The notes: generated from the letters alone by a model not told the origin. Shown: positions 37,086-46,165, counted from the first letter of the stretch. The stretch is DNA of 64,000 nt from an uncultured virus (IMG/VR IMGVR_UViG_2834966965_000001) (IMGVR_UViG_2834966965_000001); one strand, 5' to 3'. Made by a program: numbers and translations.

Positions 37086-39683
37086 TTACTCACCCCTCTT
37101 TTGTTCGTCACGTCCTAAGAATTCACGTTTGATATGCAATACACGGCATCCTTTCGCTATTACCGGGATATATTCAAATACAGTGGATTTGCCGTCTTTA
37201 CCCGGATCCACATAACCACGCTTCACCAGATCCATAAAAACAGCATCCTTTTTGACAAAAGCCTCATTGATTTTCTGATAATGCTGGCTGGCGACCTGGT
37301 AAGCCAGATCATTGTGGAGGGAAACATGCCCGTTAGTCCGGTCATCCCAGCCGATCAGAGTTTGGCCAGGTGAAGGCGAGCGGGGATTTGCCCCGTCTTT
37401 AACGTCCAGGTATGCCGTACCGCCTATAAGGGCTGCATTTAAGGCATTTATAAACTTTTTAGAGGGTGTAGCATCATCTATCCGGGCACCTTGACGCTTG
37501 GCCATTTCAATAAATACTTCGCGGGCCTGTTTTAAAAGGTACGCAGATCCCACTGAATCATTTTCACCATTCCCGCTCTCGTCTATAAATCTATCGAATA
37601 TATCCGATGCCCCGTTTTCTTCAGCCCAGCGGATAGCCATTTCCAGACCGATATACAGGAGAGCTATAGATCTGGGCAGCCTAAGATGCACGTTTTCACC
37701 CCGGAGGCTCTCGGTAAATTGTTCAAAGACCTCTTGATAGCGTTGGCGCAGATACACTTTCTTTGCCGGCCAGTCAGCTTGCAGCCATGCCAGGTAATGA
37801 GCCATAGCCCGGCGGTATAGATGGTCTTCTTTTTGGGATAGGGTAAGACAAGGGAATTCGATATCCGTTTTTGACATTTCAATTACCAGAAAGCGGGCAT
37901 TATTGCTTTCGCCTGGCGGTTGCCCTTCCGAAGTGGATATCAGAAAGCCTCTGGGTACATATTCCTGTCTCATAGAGGTATCAGCTGACATGCGCTTGCG
38001 GCCTTGTCTGTTTGCTTGGCCGCGGCATACATAATCCGCCTTGGCATCAAACTCTTTTTGAGAGGCGGTAGTCTGCCCGGGTGACCAGTCATCTACCAGC
38101 ACCGGCATATCCTTGCAGGTGAACAGGATGCGCTCCAGGGTATTCTGAGTATCCCGCCAGGCAGCCGGCACACAGGTATAATCAAAATCTCCGTAGTGGC
38201 AGAGTGCCAGTGACGCTATGGTAGTTTTAAGGCTGCCGGATCCGGCAATCAGCCAGAGGTTAAAATTGGTGTCGATAGCATCTGAGAGGGGTGTCATATA
38301 CATCGCCGCAAACAGAGGCAAGGTAATGTACAGTTTGGCCACTTTAAGGAAGTTAAAACTGGCCTCAATAAAGGCTTTTACATCGTCATCCGGTTCAGGT
38401 GACGGCACATCATAATGGCTGATATTAGAGGGCATTTCAACTTCTACATTATCGGCACCAATGGCGCCGTGGGGAGTCAGGTAAACATCTTTACCGTTGA
38501 TATTCGTCCAGCCGGTATTTTCGTAGATAATCCGGCAGGGTGCGTCCATCGACATATACTGCATTGCCCCGCGTAACAGGCGTTCAGCTGAAGGGCTGGG
38601 CTCAATCATGGCCTTAATTCCCCACTGGGATAATGCCCATGACATAGAGGAAAAGTTTTCAGAAGGAACTTCGATATCCGGAAAGGGACGGCCCGTACAG
38701 TCTGTACCGCCTATCCTGAAAAACGTCTTTCGGTTTATGCCGTTGTCTTTAATAATTTCTTCTTTAACGGCAGCCACAAAATTACACAGCGGAGCATCAT
38801 ACGGCACATTGTCCTTATAGGAATGGTAAATAATTCGGCCGGCTTCGATACTGAACTTGCCGTCAGATAGAAAGTATAGATTCTGGTTTTTTGATGGCGT
38901 GTAGCTTTTGGCTGTGGCTACTAGGTCATCCAGAACGGATATCTGGCCGCCGGCTTCCAGCCACTCGGTAAAATCCTTGGCGTCACCGGGTACCTCTATA
39001 ATCTTGACCGGTATCTTTTGCCGCCGGCAAGACATGGCAATATCAGAGGCATGTTTACGGCCCGGGGCGTCTTTATCGGCAATAATTACTACCTGAGAGG
39101 CTCCCAGCAGGTCATTAGTATAAGTCTCTCGCCACTTGCCGGCGCCCATTGGCGAGGTAGTGGCCACCAGTCCCATAGCACGGGCGTTGTCGGTGTCTTT
39201 TTCGCCCTCGGTTACCCAGATAGTCTGGCCTGTTTTTACAGCCTCCAGCACTTCCGGCAGATGGTAAATAACCGGCTCTATATCCTTCATATTCCAGACC
39301 CAGCCGGTCTTGCCGCCAGGGTGCCGCTGAGAGAAGCTCTTAGGCTCAAACCTGACTACCTGGAATATCAGCTGGCCGCTTTTGTCCGTATAGTCATAAG
39401 TCTGCTTTATCTCGCGTTTAACGCCGTTTTTGGGCTTGGATTGCTTAGGTGTTTTGGGGACTAAATCATCCACCGGCATATCCAGCGCGGCTATGATCTG
39501 TTCATACGTGCACCCGGCGAAACACTTAAGGAGCACTCTGCCGTCCTTTTCACTTACGGATAGAGACGGATTTTTATCGGCATGGGCCGGGCAGCAGGCC
39601 ATCCAGCCGGCGCCGTTTTTCTTAACGCCCTGTAACTTGGATAGTATATCGTCTATCGTATATTTACGTTTAGTTGTTTCCAT
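37086..39683 (-). CDS. Primase-helicase (Zn finger + TOPRIM + DUF927/Cch-like helicase)
   Basis: CPAH...C.AGC, TEGEKD...DKD, GSGSLKTT and LVDDW motifs. Confidence 0.88.
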   Translation of the reverse strand: METTKRKYTIDDILSKLQGVKKNGAGWMACCPAHADKNPSLSVSEKDGRVLLKCFAGCTYEQIIAALDMPVDDLVPKTPKQSKPKNGVKREIKQTYDYTDKSGQLIFQVVRFEPKSFSQRHPGGKTGWVWNMKDIEPVIYHLPEVLEAVKTGQTIWVTEGEKDTDNARAMGLVATTSPMGAGKWRETYTNDLLGASQVVIIADKDAPGRKHASDIAMSCRRQKIPVKIIEVPGDAKDFTEWLEAGGQISVLDDLVATAKSYTPSKNQNLYFLSDGKFSIEAGRIIYHSYKDNVPYDAPLCNFVAAVKEEIIKDNGINRKTFFRIGGTDCTGRPFPDIEVPSENFSSMSWALSQWGIKAMIEPSPSAERLLRGAMQYMSMDAPCRIIYENTGWTNINGKDVYLTPHGAIGADNVEVEMPSNISHYDVPSPEPDDDVKAFIEASFNFLKVAKLYITLPLFAAMYMTPLSDAIDTNFNLWLIAGSGSLKTTIASLALCHYGDFDYTCVPAAWRDTQNTLERILFTCKDMPVLVDDWSPGQTTASQKEFDAKADYVCRGQANRQGRKRMSADTSMRQEYVPRGFLISTSEGQPPGESNNARFLVIEMSKTDIEFPCLTLSQKEDHLYRRAMAHYLAWLQADWPAKKVYLRQRYQEVFEQFTESLRGENVHLRLPRSIALLYIGLEMAIRWAEENGASDIFDRFIDESGNGENDSVGSAYLLKQAREVFIEMAKRQGARIDDATPSKKFINALNAALIGGTAYLDVKDGANPRSPSPGQTLIGWDDRTNGHVSLHNDLAYQVASQHYQKINEAFVKKDAVFMDLVKRGYVDPGKDGKSTVFEYIPVIAKGCRVLHIKREFLGRDEQKRGE

Positions 39684-39706
39684 AATGGACCTCGATTACT
39701 ATTTAT

Positions 39707-39750
39707 TCAGGACAGGGAAGCGGGAGGGAGACCACGCTCCCCCGTCCTGA
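39707..39750. promoter_or_regulatory. GC-rich stem-loop upstream of the primase-helicase
   Basis: TCAGGAC.GGG...CCCCGTCCTGA imperfect stem. Confidence 0.45.
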
Positions 39751-39758
39751 TCCGGGTA

Positions 39759-40559
39759 TCACTGTCTAAAAGCACTCGACCTGGTGCTTTTATCAGCTCG
39801 CTCGCGGTACTTGCCCGGCCACATACCAGCTGCTTCAGGGAAACGGCAGCGCAGGTTATCTTTGATAAATACCGGGACATCAAATTTTTCGGCGATAAAA
39901 ATAATCATGTCGATGACTTCACGGGTAGGCTGCACATGAGGAGATAAGTTAGAGAATCCCCCGATGACCACATAGTCAACGGATTGAATGGCTCTGAGGG
40001 TTAATAGCGAAGGAATATAGGTCGTCAGCGGTTCAAACGATATCCATTTATGTTTTGCCTGGGCTACCTTTAAAAAGTTGATTAAGGCGAAGCAATCGGG
40101 AAATGATTTCCCGCCCGTCATGGATATACCCACATAGGCATTGTCCGGGAATACACCCCATTTGCTCAGATTCCAAGGGCATTTTGTCAGGAAATAGAAT
40201 TGCTGTTCAGGATTAGCCCGGACAATGGAAAATACCGAATCACGTAACGAGCATTCGACTAAACCTGAATCATCAATCGGCAGCCATTTTTTTTCAAAGG
40301 GGTTGATATCATCTGCAAATAGATCTCCAGTGAAACAAACGCCTATTCTGGCTCCCGGAGTTTTTACTGTAAATGGTTCATACAGCCGATTAGTATGTAC
40401 AGTGGGTTCAAAACTACGGCCGAAGCGTTTGGCCATAGCCTTAGCCCAGCACTCAAACGCTGAACCGCCGCCGCCGCAAATTCTCGGATCCTTCCAGTTA
40501 TTACAGCCGGTAACAAAGTTCCAGCAGTAGTCTAGATATTCAATCTTAGTGCGATTCAT
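39759..40559 (-). CDS. DUF5131 (phage Gp37/Gp68) radical-SAM-like protein
   Basis: TKIEY....WN.VTGC...C.....C.A, FLTK, SFEPL, VVIGG and PVFIK motifs. Confidence 0.85.
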   Translation of the reverse strand: MNRTKIEYLDYCWNFVTGCNNWKDPRICGGGGSAFECWAKAMAKRFGRSFEPTVHTNRLYEPFTVKTPGARIGVCFTGDLFADDINPFEKKWLPIDDSGLVECSLRDSVFSIVRANPEQQFYFLTKCPWNLSKWGVFPDNAYVGISMTGGKSFPDCFALINFLKVAQAKHKWISFEPLTTYIPSLLTLRAIQSVDYVVIGGFSNLSPHVQPTREVIDMIIFIAEKFDVPVFIKDNLRCRFPEAAGMWPGKYRERADKSTRSSAFRQ

Positions 40560-40920
40560 TTTGCTGCTTTCTTTGCAGCCGATCTATTTCGGCTGCAATA
40601 AGTGCGCCGGCCTTTACCAGGTTGCGGATACGCTCTGGAAGCGGTAAGTTTTCATTTGGTAAAATCGAGTTAGTCCAAGTGTTTTTTAGCTTCCTTTTAT
40701 CCCACGTTTTCTCCCATGTATTAGGCCAAGGATCGGTGAAGATTGATTGACCTTTATAAGTTAGTTCGTGACAATATAGATTTATAGGACTTGCGTAGCA
40801 TACTGCGGCAAGAGCAAGCTCCCCACTTTCATGAATAACATCTTCATCATGTTTGGTATCAAATCCAAGTTCTTTGATCTGCCGTTCACGTTCCTGTGCT
40901 ATTAATTCAATGCCGGTCAT
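40546..40920 (-). CDS. Conserved phage hypothetical protein
   Basis: ERERQI...HD/E...ELA.AA and LVKAGALIAAEIDRL motifs. Confidence 0.75.
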   Translation of the reverse strand: MTGIELIAQERERQIKELGFDTKHDEDVIHESGELALAAVCYASPINLYCHELTYKGQSIFTDPWPNTWEKTWDKRKLKNTWTNSILPNENLPLPERIRNLVKAGALIAAEIDRLQRKQQNESH

Positions 40921-41117
40921 TTCAGACCTCCAATTCTATTTTTGTTCATTTCAGACTGGACCATATTTCTAAGAGGCTTAAGTGTTGCATCTAGCTCACC
41001 ATTTTTGAGCGCTTTGGACATACATTCCATACAGACACCTCCATTTACACTCCCACCTTTACCGCAGCGTGGGCACTTAGCGTTAAGATTTACGTGGATG
41101 ACAAATTGGCTTGTCAT
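40917..41117 (-). CDS. Small Zn-finger protein
   Basis: CPRC...CMEC; ATGA overlaps. Confidence 0.6.
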   Translation of the reverse strand: MTSQFVIHVNLNAKCPRCGKGGSVNGGVCMECMSKALKNGELDATLKPLRNMVQSEMNKNRIGGLK

Positions 41118-41321
41118 TTCCCCACCTCCACACAGCATGCATGCAGTACATCACCAATCGGTTCTGTTACCAGATCATGGATAATACGGAAGCGAGAAAA
41201 CCCTACTTCTCCTGGCAGTACCAGGCAACCACAATTGGGGCATTTATAGTTGTGGTCAGCCTTTACAGGGCAGAACATGTAATTCCCTTTGCGATAGCGG
41301 CGGGGTGATAATTCAATCGGT

Positions 41322-41666
41322 TTAGATGATGTCGCTGTGACCACTTCGTTCGGCCTCCTGTCTGAAAGATTCATTGCGCAGTTTGATTGCCATTTCGCGG
41401 GCACCTAATTCGCCTGCATCAGTAGGATTAAAACTGTGTATAGGGTATTCAGGACCGCCCTCTCTGGCTTCTGGTGTTAAGTACGAACGGAAAATGACAT
41501 CAAAACTATCTACTGACCGCCTGACTATCCATTTACCAGGGCTGCGGTCTTTAATGGGCGTACACCCTGGACTCCATTCCCAGCCCGGAGTAGGGGCAGG
41601 GCGTCCTTGTTCAGTCTCGGTATGTATCTCAGCCAAGATAACCATCCCACTAGTCATTTTTGTCAC
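41322..41666 (-). CDS. Hypothetical protein
   Basis: Operonic ORF. Confidence 0.55.
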   Translation of the reverse strand: MTKMTSGMVILAEIHTETEQGRPAPTPGWEWSPGCTPIKDRSPGKWIVRRSVDSFDVIFRSYLTPEAREGGPEYPIHSFNPTDAGELGAREMAIKLRNESFRQEAERSGHSDII

Positions 41667-41871
41667 CGGTACTTTCTTCTATTGCGCAGGTATAGGCCAT
41701 CGTCCACAATAAAATAGTGATAAACAGCGAAAGGACAATGACCGCTACAATAAGCAACTGATTAGCATCGGATAATTTCCACGCTTGGATACCAATGAAA
41801 TCGAACATAAGGGAAATACATCCCAGTACTAATAGCCGGTGGGATTTGCGGAAGCCAGGAAGTATCTTCAT
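41650..41871 (-). CDS. Small two-TM protein (paralogue of 41868-42068)
   Basis: MK.L..F+.SH.LL N-terminus shared with its neighbour. Confidence 0.6.
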   Translation of the reverse strand: MKILPGFRKSHRLLVLGCISLMFDFIGIQAWKLSDANQLLIVAVIVLSLFITILLWTMAYTCAIEESTGDKND

Positions 41872-42068
41872 TTCTTTGCCTCAGCTTCTTTGCAGGCCTG
41901 CTTATAGGCTGCATAGAGGATATATAGGGCTACTAGAATTTCCAGAATACACATGACGAGCTCTGGCCATTCGATTACCCGCTTCAAACCACTAATACCG
42001 GCGGTCAGGAAGATAATGCTGGCAGCTAACAAAAAATGAGATTGTTTGAAAACAGATAAGAATTTCAT
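41868..42068 (-). CDS. Small two-TM protein
   Basis: ATGA overlaps; two hydrophobic helices. Confidence 0.6.
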   Translation of the reverse strand: MKFLSVFKQSHFLLAASIIFLTAGISGLKRVIEWPELVMCILEILVALYILYAAYKQACKEAEAKK

Positions 42069-42304
42069 GCGTTAACCGCCTCCGTTGTTTTTGCGGACAT
42101 AGTTTGGGTTACCCATGAGCCATAACCCGTAGAGCACCACTGGCGTACCCAGCAGTTCTCAGCTGTCCAGCCGGACTTAGGGTTTTTCACCGGATATTCG
42201 AGGGTGGCTTTCCGCATGGCATCTACCGGGCTGTCAGCCTTTCCCTCCCACCATTGACCAGTGCGTTCGTTCTTGATACGATAAGTTACTTGTTGTTGAG
42301 GCAT
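42065..42304 (-). CDS. Hypothetical Trp-rich protein
   Basis: SD present; operonic. Confidence 0.6.
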   Translation of the reverse strand: MPQQQVTYRIKNERTGQWWEGKADSPVDAMRKATLEYPVKNPKSGWTAENCWVRQWCSTGYGSWVTQTMSAKTTEAVNA

Positions 42305-42337
42305 TGCCTCGCACTCCTTTCCGGAGGGTAGCTAGGA

Positions 42338-42583
42338 CTAGTAGCCACCCTCCACTGCACTTTTCACAAGGTGCTTTAATTGAGATAAAGTAAGGCTGTC
42401 GGTAGCTCTTCCTCCCTTTTCTCTTCTCTCTTGAATTTGTCGCACCTGCAAATCTAACCAATTGGTAGAGCGTGGTCGTCCACCGAGCTTTCCGATGTTT
42501 CGCATATGATCAGCCCCATGGATGAGTACTGTTTGTATTCCCCCGATACGTCCAGAGTCTCGTTTAGTTAGTTTCATGGTCAT
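42338..42583 (-). CDS. Small basic KGG-like repeat protein
   Basis: GRIGG...HMRNIGKLGGRPR; homologue of 10153-10395. Confidence 0.75.
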   Translation of the reverse strand: MTMKLTKRDSGRIGGIQTVLIHGADHMRNIGKLGGRPRSTNWLDLQVRQIQERREKGGRATDSLTLSQLKHLVKSAVEGGY

Positions 42584-42809
42584 CTCTAATACTCATATGG
42601 ACTATTACATCAGGAATTAATTGAGGGAAATTACGAACAACAGCTTTAAGTATTGTTAAATGTATCGGTCTAATACCTGATTTCGTCATTTGCCACAACT
42701 GCCGGTTGATGCCAAGTTTTGCAGCAAAAGCCGTATTGCTTAGTTTCAGGTCATACTGTAAATTGATTAAGACACTAAGAAGATTTCTTGCTACAGTGTT
42801 ATTATTCAT
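42564..42809 (-). CDS. Cro-like HTH protein
   Basis: FAAKLGINRQLW...SG motif; divergent from the repressor. Confidence 0.65.
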   Translation of the reverse strand: MNNNTVARNLLSVLINLQYDLKLSNTAFAAKLGINRQLWQMTKSGIRPIHLTILKAVVRNFPQLIPDVIVHMSIRDDHETN

Positions 42810-42987
42810 GACAACTATTGTTGCATTAGCGCGCATATGGAGTCAAAATAGTAGAGCGGAAACTAGAGTAAATAATACTGTAGTTGCAATATGCTAAAGT
42901 ATTATGCATGGCACAATATCTCTTATTTTCTGCTGATATCGTGCAATTACTGCCTTAGTTATGCTACCATTGTTGCAGAGGGTTATT

Positions 42988-43611
42988 ATGGATATCCAGA
43001 TCGGGTTAAAGGTAAAACAATTAAGAATAGCCCGCGGCATGACACAAGCTAAACTTGCTGATGCAAGTGGTTTAACTCGCGGTTATATTTCGATGCTAGA
43101 GCTACGTAAAAGCACTATGCCTAGTTATGAGGCATTGTCAAAAATTGCACGAGCGCTTGGTGTTGATATTAAAGAGTTCAAAACAGATCCTGAGATAGTC
43201 AGGTTAGAATCTCCTGAAGAGGTTCTAAGAAAATACCAGCTTATGGCGCCAGTTAGTATTCCTGTATATGACCACTTTTATGTCCATGCAGGAGATGCTG
43301 CATTAGCTCCGATTGAGTATATTTACAGAGCGCGCGAGAGTTTTGCACCTCAGAATATAGAAGCTTATAAGGTGCGCGGTAATTGCATGGAACCCGTGAT
43401 AAGTGAAGGGGATATATTGCTTATAGATCGTGATAGAACCCCGCAAAAAGGCAATATACTGCTTTGTGTTGTAGATGGAGAAGTTATAGTAGGAAAATTG
43501 ATAGAGCAAAATGGTGAGCTTTATTTAAAAAATGGGCATGGAATACACTCTTTATCCGATTGTCAGGCAAGTGCTGTGGTAGTCGAAGTTAATAAAAAAT
43601 TAATCTTTTAA
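42988..43611 (+). CDS. CI/LexA-like repressor (XRE HTH + S24 domain)
   Basis: HTH, HAG and GNCMEP motifs; homologue of 10576-11205. Confidence 0.9.
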   Translation: MDIQIGLKVKQLRIARGMTQAKLADASGLTRGYISMLELRKSTMPSYEALSKIARALGVDIKEFKTDPEIVRLESPEEVLRKYQLMAPVSIPVYDHFYVHAGDAALAPIEYIYRARESFAPQNIEAYKVRGNCMEPVISEGDILLIDRDRTPQKGNILLCVVDGEVIVGKLIEQNGELYLKNGHGIHSLSDCQASAVVVEVNKKLIF

Positions 43612-43662
43612 GGAGAAGTAGAGCATCCTGACATCTATTCGTAGTGCTCGGTTTTTGGGGGG

Positions 43663-45201
43663 CTAACTGGCAGTCAAAAGGTAGAGGGTTCGAATCCCTC
43701 CGGCTCCACCAACCGTCACAGTTCCCGAACCGTTAATCTGTGAGGCAATAAAAGAAAAAGGCGCATTAAATAGCACTCGATTAACATTCCCACCTTCTAC
43801 ATGGATTTCTTTAAACAAAGTCTCACAGAGTAACCGCCTGCCATCGAATCCACCTCGTTCCCAGAGAGTAACAAGTTCGGTACAAAGTTCCAGAGCGATT
43901 TCAAAATCAGCTTTCACTAAGTGCTGACGTTGCTTAACTACCTCCACAGTGGTTGTTAGACGAGATTTTTCGGCTTCAATCTGAGACCGATGCTCCCGAA
44001 AGTCCGCCTGAGAGATTCCCTCTTCTATATATAGACGCTGCAAGTTCTTTTCCATTCTTTCCAGCTTAGCTAATCTTTCTTGTGCTTTTTGAAGTTCATT
44101 ATTGCTGTCTGCTTCAGCAGAAAAGAATTTAGCGATAGCCCCTCTTAAATCCTGGCGGGTTTCCTCCGATATCACAATGCTCCGGAGAATACCCGGAATT
44201 TGCTCTTCAACCTTGCGGGTATTATAAAATATCTGGCTGCCATTAGTTTTAGTGCGGCTACGGTAATAACTGATGCGTTTCTTATTATTAGTCTCTACCC
44301 AGCAGGGGCTGTTAGCTTCAACCGAATGTACTAAACCTCTAAGCAAGTATTGATGGTGGCGGACCCTCTGCCTGTTCTTATCGTGAGACCTGAGGACCTG
44401 TTGTACTTGAGTAAAAGAAACCTCATCTACAAGAGGCGGTTGCTTCCCTTTAACCGGGATATCCCCCTGTCTGAGCCAGGTCTCTCCCAAATAAAAGCGG
44501 TGATGGAATATTTCACTCCATTTTGTAGCAGCGATCCGGTTGTCTAACCGGCTGCGGTAACCCAGGGAATAGGCGTGTTCAGCCCACTCTTCCAAAGTGT
44601 ATTTGCCTGTTCCCATTTCCTTAAACGCTTCAGTCACAAAAGGACCGTTCTTAGGATCAACGTCAATCCAGGCTTTTTCTCCATCTCGCTTATTAAGATA
44701 ACCAAAGGGAGCTTTCCGGGGCCAGCCGCCATTTTCTACCGACTTCTGTAAGCCTTTCTTGACTTCGACCGCCAGGTTCTTGGAATACCAGGTACTGATA
44801 ACCTGCATCATGCGGCGGCCAATGTAGCCCGAAGGCGTAGAGGCATCCCCTGGCTCACTGACACTCTCCAGTGTCATCTGGAGATCGGCCAGCTCCTTCT
44901 CATAAACTACAAAGTCATAATCATTACGGGCAAAGCGGTCGAATTTATGGACCAGGATCACATCAAAGGCTTTACTCCGGGCTGCCGTTATCATTTTCTG
45001 GAAATCAGGCCGTTTATCAGTGCGGGCACTTTCTCCGGCGTCAATGTACTCACTGACTACTGTCCAGCCTTTACCCTGAGCATGATAGCGGCATCTTTCC
45101 AACTGGAAAGGAATAGATAAATCCTTTTCGGCCTGCTCGTCAGTGGAGACTCTGGCATAAATACAGCAACTAGTTTGCTTGCCAGTTAATTCTTTAACCA
45201 T
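43663..45201 (-). CDS. Large serine recombinase (integrase) of E3
   Basis: IYARVST, HKFDRFAR, recombinase domain (APFGY) and coiled coil; AGGAG SD at MVKEL; 3' end reads through att. Confidence 0.92.
   Translation of the reverse strand: MVKELTGKQTSCCIYARVSTDEQAEKDLSIPFQLERCRYHAQGKGWTVVSEYIDAGESARTDKRPDFQKMITAARSKAFDVILVHKFDRFARNDYDFVVYEKELADLQMTLESVSEPGDASTPSGYIGRRMMQVISTWYSKNLAVEVKKGLQKSVENGGWPRKAPFGYLNKRDGEKAWIDVDPKNGPFVTEAFKEMGTGKYTLEEWAEHAYSLGYRSRLDNRIAATKWSEIFHHRFYLGETWLRQGDIPVKGKQPPLVDEVSFTQVQQVLRSHDKNRQRVRHHQYLLRGLVHSVEANSPCWVETNNKKRISYYRSRTKTNGSQIFYNTRKVEEQIPGILRSIVISEETRQDLRGAIAKFFSAEADSNNELQKAQERLAKLERMEKNLQRLYIEEGISQADFREHRSQIEAEKSRLTTTVEVVKQRQHLVKADFEIALELCTELVTLWERGGFDGRRLLCETLFKEIHVEGGNVNRVLFNAPFSFIASQINGSGTVTVGGAGGIRTLYLLTAS
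43667..43711 (+). repeat. att core: 3' half of tRNA-Ala(GGC), E2/E3 junction
   Basis: Identical to 15472-15516. Confidence 0.92.
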
Positions 45202-45211
45202 TCTGATACTC

Positions 45212-45724
45212 CTATGACTGATCCCACCCTGTTTTTTCTTCCTCTGTTGCAAATTCAGTAATCCGTTTTGTAGCTATCTCCTCAGGAACGCCAAAATGTT
45301 CGGCAATCTCCCAAAAAGGCGCAAAACCCAGTTTAGCTAATTCCTCCTCCGGAATTAAAAGATGAGCGGCACATTGGTCAGCTTCCCTTTCTTGCCTGTA
45401 CCGGAGGACCTCTTGCAAACCATAAAAGGCGAGTTGATTACCGCAGTGCAAGAGATGATGGGCCAGGGCATGAGCTACCAGATAACGTCGCTCACGCGGA
45501 TCTAACCCAGCTGCAATACCAATAAAAGGGCCTCTTTTAACTTCTTTTACCGGATACAAAAAAGCCCAGGTAACTATCTCACAGCCTTCTTCTATTGCTA
45601 TCTTTTCAATGTCCAGGGGGAAATTCTTACCAGGATATTTCTGAGATACTTCTCTCGCTTTCTGAATCGCTTTATTACTCATCCGCAAACTCTCAAAACT
45701 TAATCGATAAAGCCAAACTCTCAT
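45212..45724 (-). CDS. ImmA/IrrE-family metallopeptidase-like protein (HExxH changed to HALAH)
   Basis: RERRY.VAHALAH.LLH and EREAD..AA.LL.P motifs; next to an XRE repressor. Confidence 0.82.
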   Translation of the reverse strand: MRVWLYRLSFESLRMSNKAIQKAREVSQKYPGKNFPLDIEKIAIEEGCEIVTWAFLYPVKEVKRGPFIGIAAGLDPRERRYLVAHALAHHLLHCGNQLAFYGLQEVLRYRQEREADQCAAHLLIPEEELAKLGFAPFWEIAEHFGVPEEIATKRITEFATEEEKTGWDQS

Positions 45725-45725
45725 T

Positions 45726-46133
45726 TTATCGCGATTTTCTTGTGTCTTTTTCCTTAGCTAAACGTCTTCTCTCTTCATCCAGGGTAAAGCGAATAAATGA
45801 CTTTACCCTTTCCTTAGCTTCCCCCTCTAAAAGGGAATCCACCTGCTGGAACATAAGCTCCAGCTCCGGATCCTTAAGATCCAGGTCACCCACCTTATCC
45901 CAGGGATAGTGATTGAGAGTGCCTGTAATGGCGGCATAGATATCCTCAATTCTCAGATCCAGCACTCTTGATAGACCGGCGATTATTTCCGGCTTAGGTT
46001 GCCGGTTACGGCTGTTTTCTATGGCCGTAATGTTTTCCAAACTGGTGCCGACCAAGCGGCTGAGGTCACCTTGAGTCATGGATTCATGCCGGGTCCGGGC
46101 CTCCCGGATTAGCTGTGCTAAATTGATTGCCAT
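45726..46133 (-). CDS. ImmR-like XRE repressor
   Basis: N-terminal HTH (MTQGDLSRLVG...IEN). Confidence 0.85.
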   Translation of the reverse strand: MAINLAQLIREARTRHESMTQGDLSRLVGTSLENITAIENSRNRQPKPEIIAGLSRVLDLRIEDIYAAITGTLNHYPWDKVGDLDLKDPELELMFQQVDSLLEGEAKERVKSFIRFTLDEERRRLAKEKDTRKSR

Positions 46134-46165
46134 AACTTTACCCTCTTATGAAATGACTAATTATA

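Larger units (their letters stand above)
15517..43711. mobile_element. Element E2: complete 28.2-kb non-tailed provirus with primase-helicase replicon
   Basis: Bounded by 45-bp direct repeats; integrase at one end and repressor at the other. Confidence 0.9.

Noticed and set aside
36761..37215. ORFs over the TTGCAC repeats, and a CRISPR reading of either iteron region
   Set aside because: Low-complexity translations of 7-bp repeats; no 25-40-bp repeat/spacer periodicity and no cas genes.
1..43711. Tailed prophage or conjugative ICE interpretation of E1/E2
   Set aside because: No terminase, portal, HK97 capsid, tail, relaxase-T4CP or VirB4-sized ATPase.
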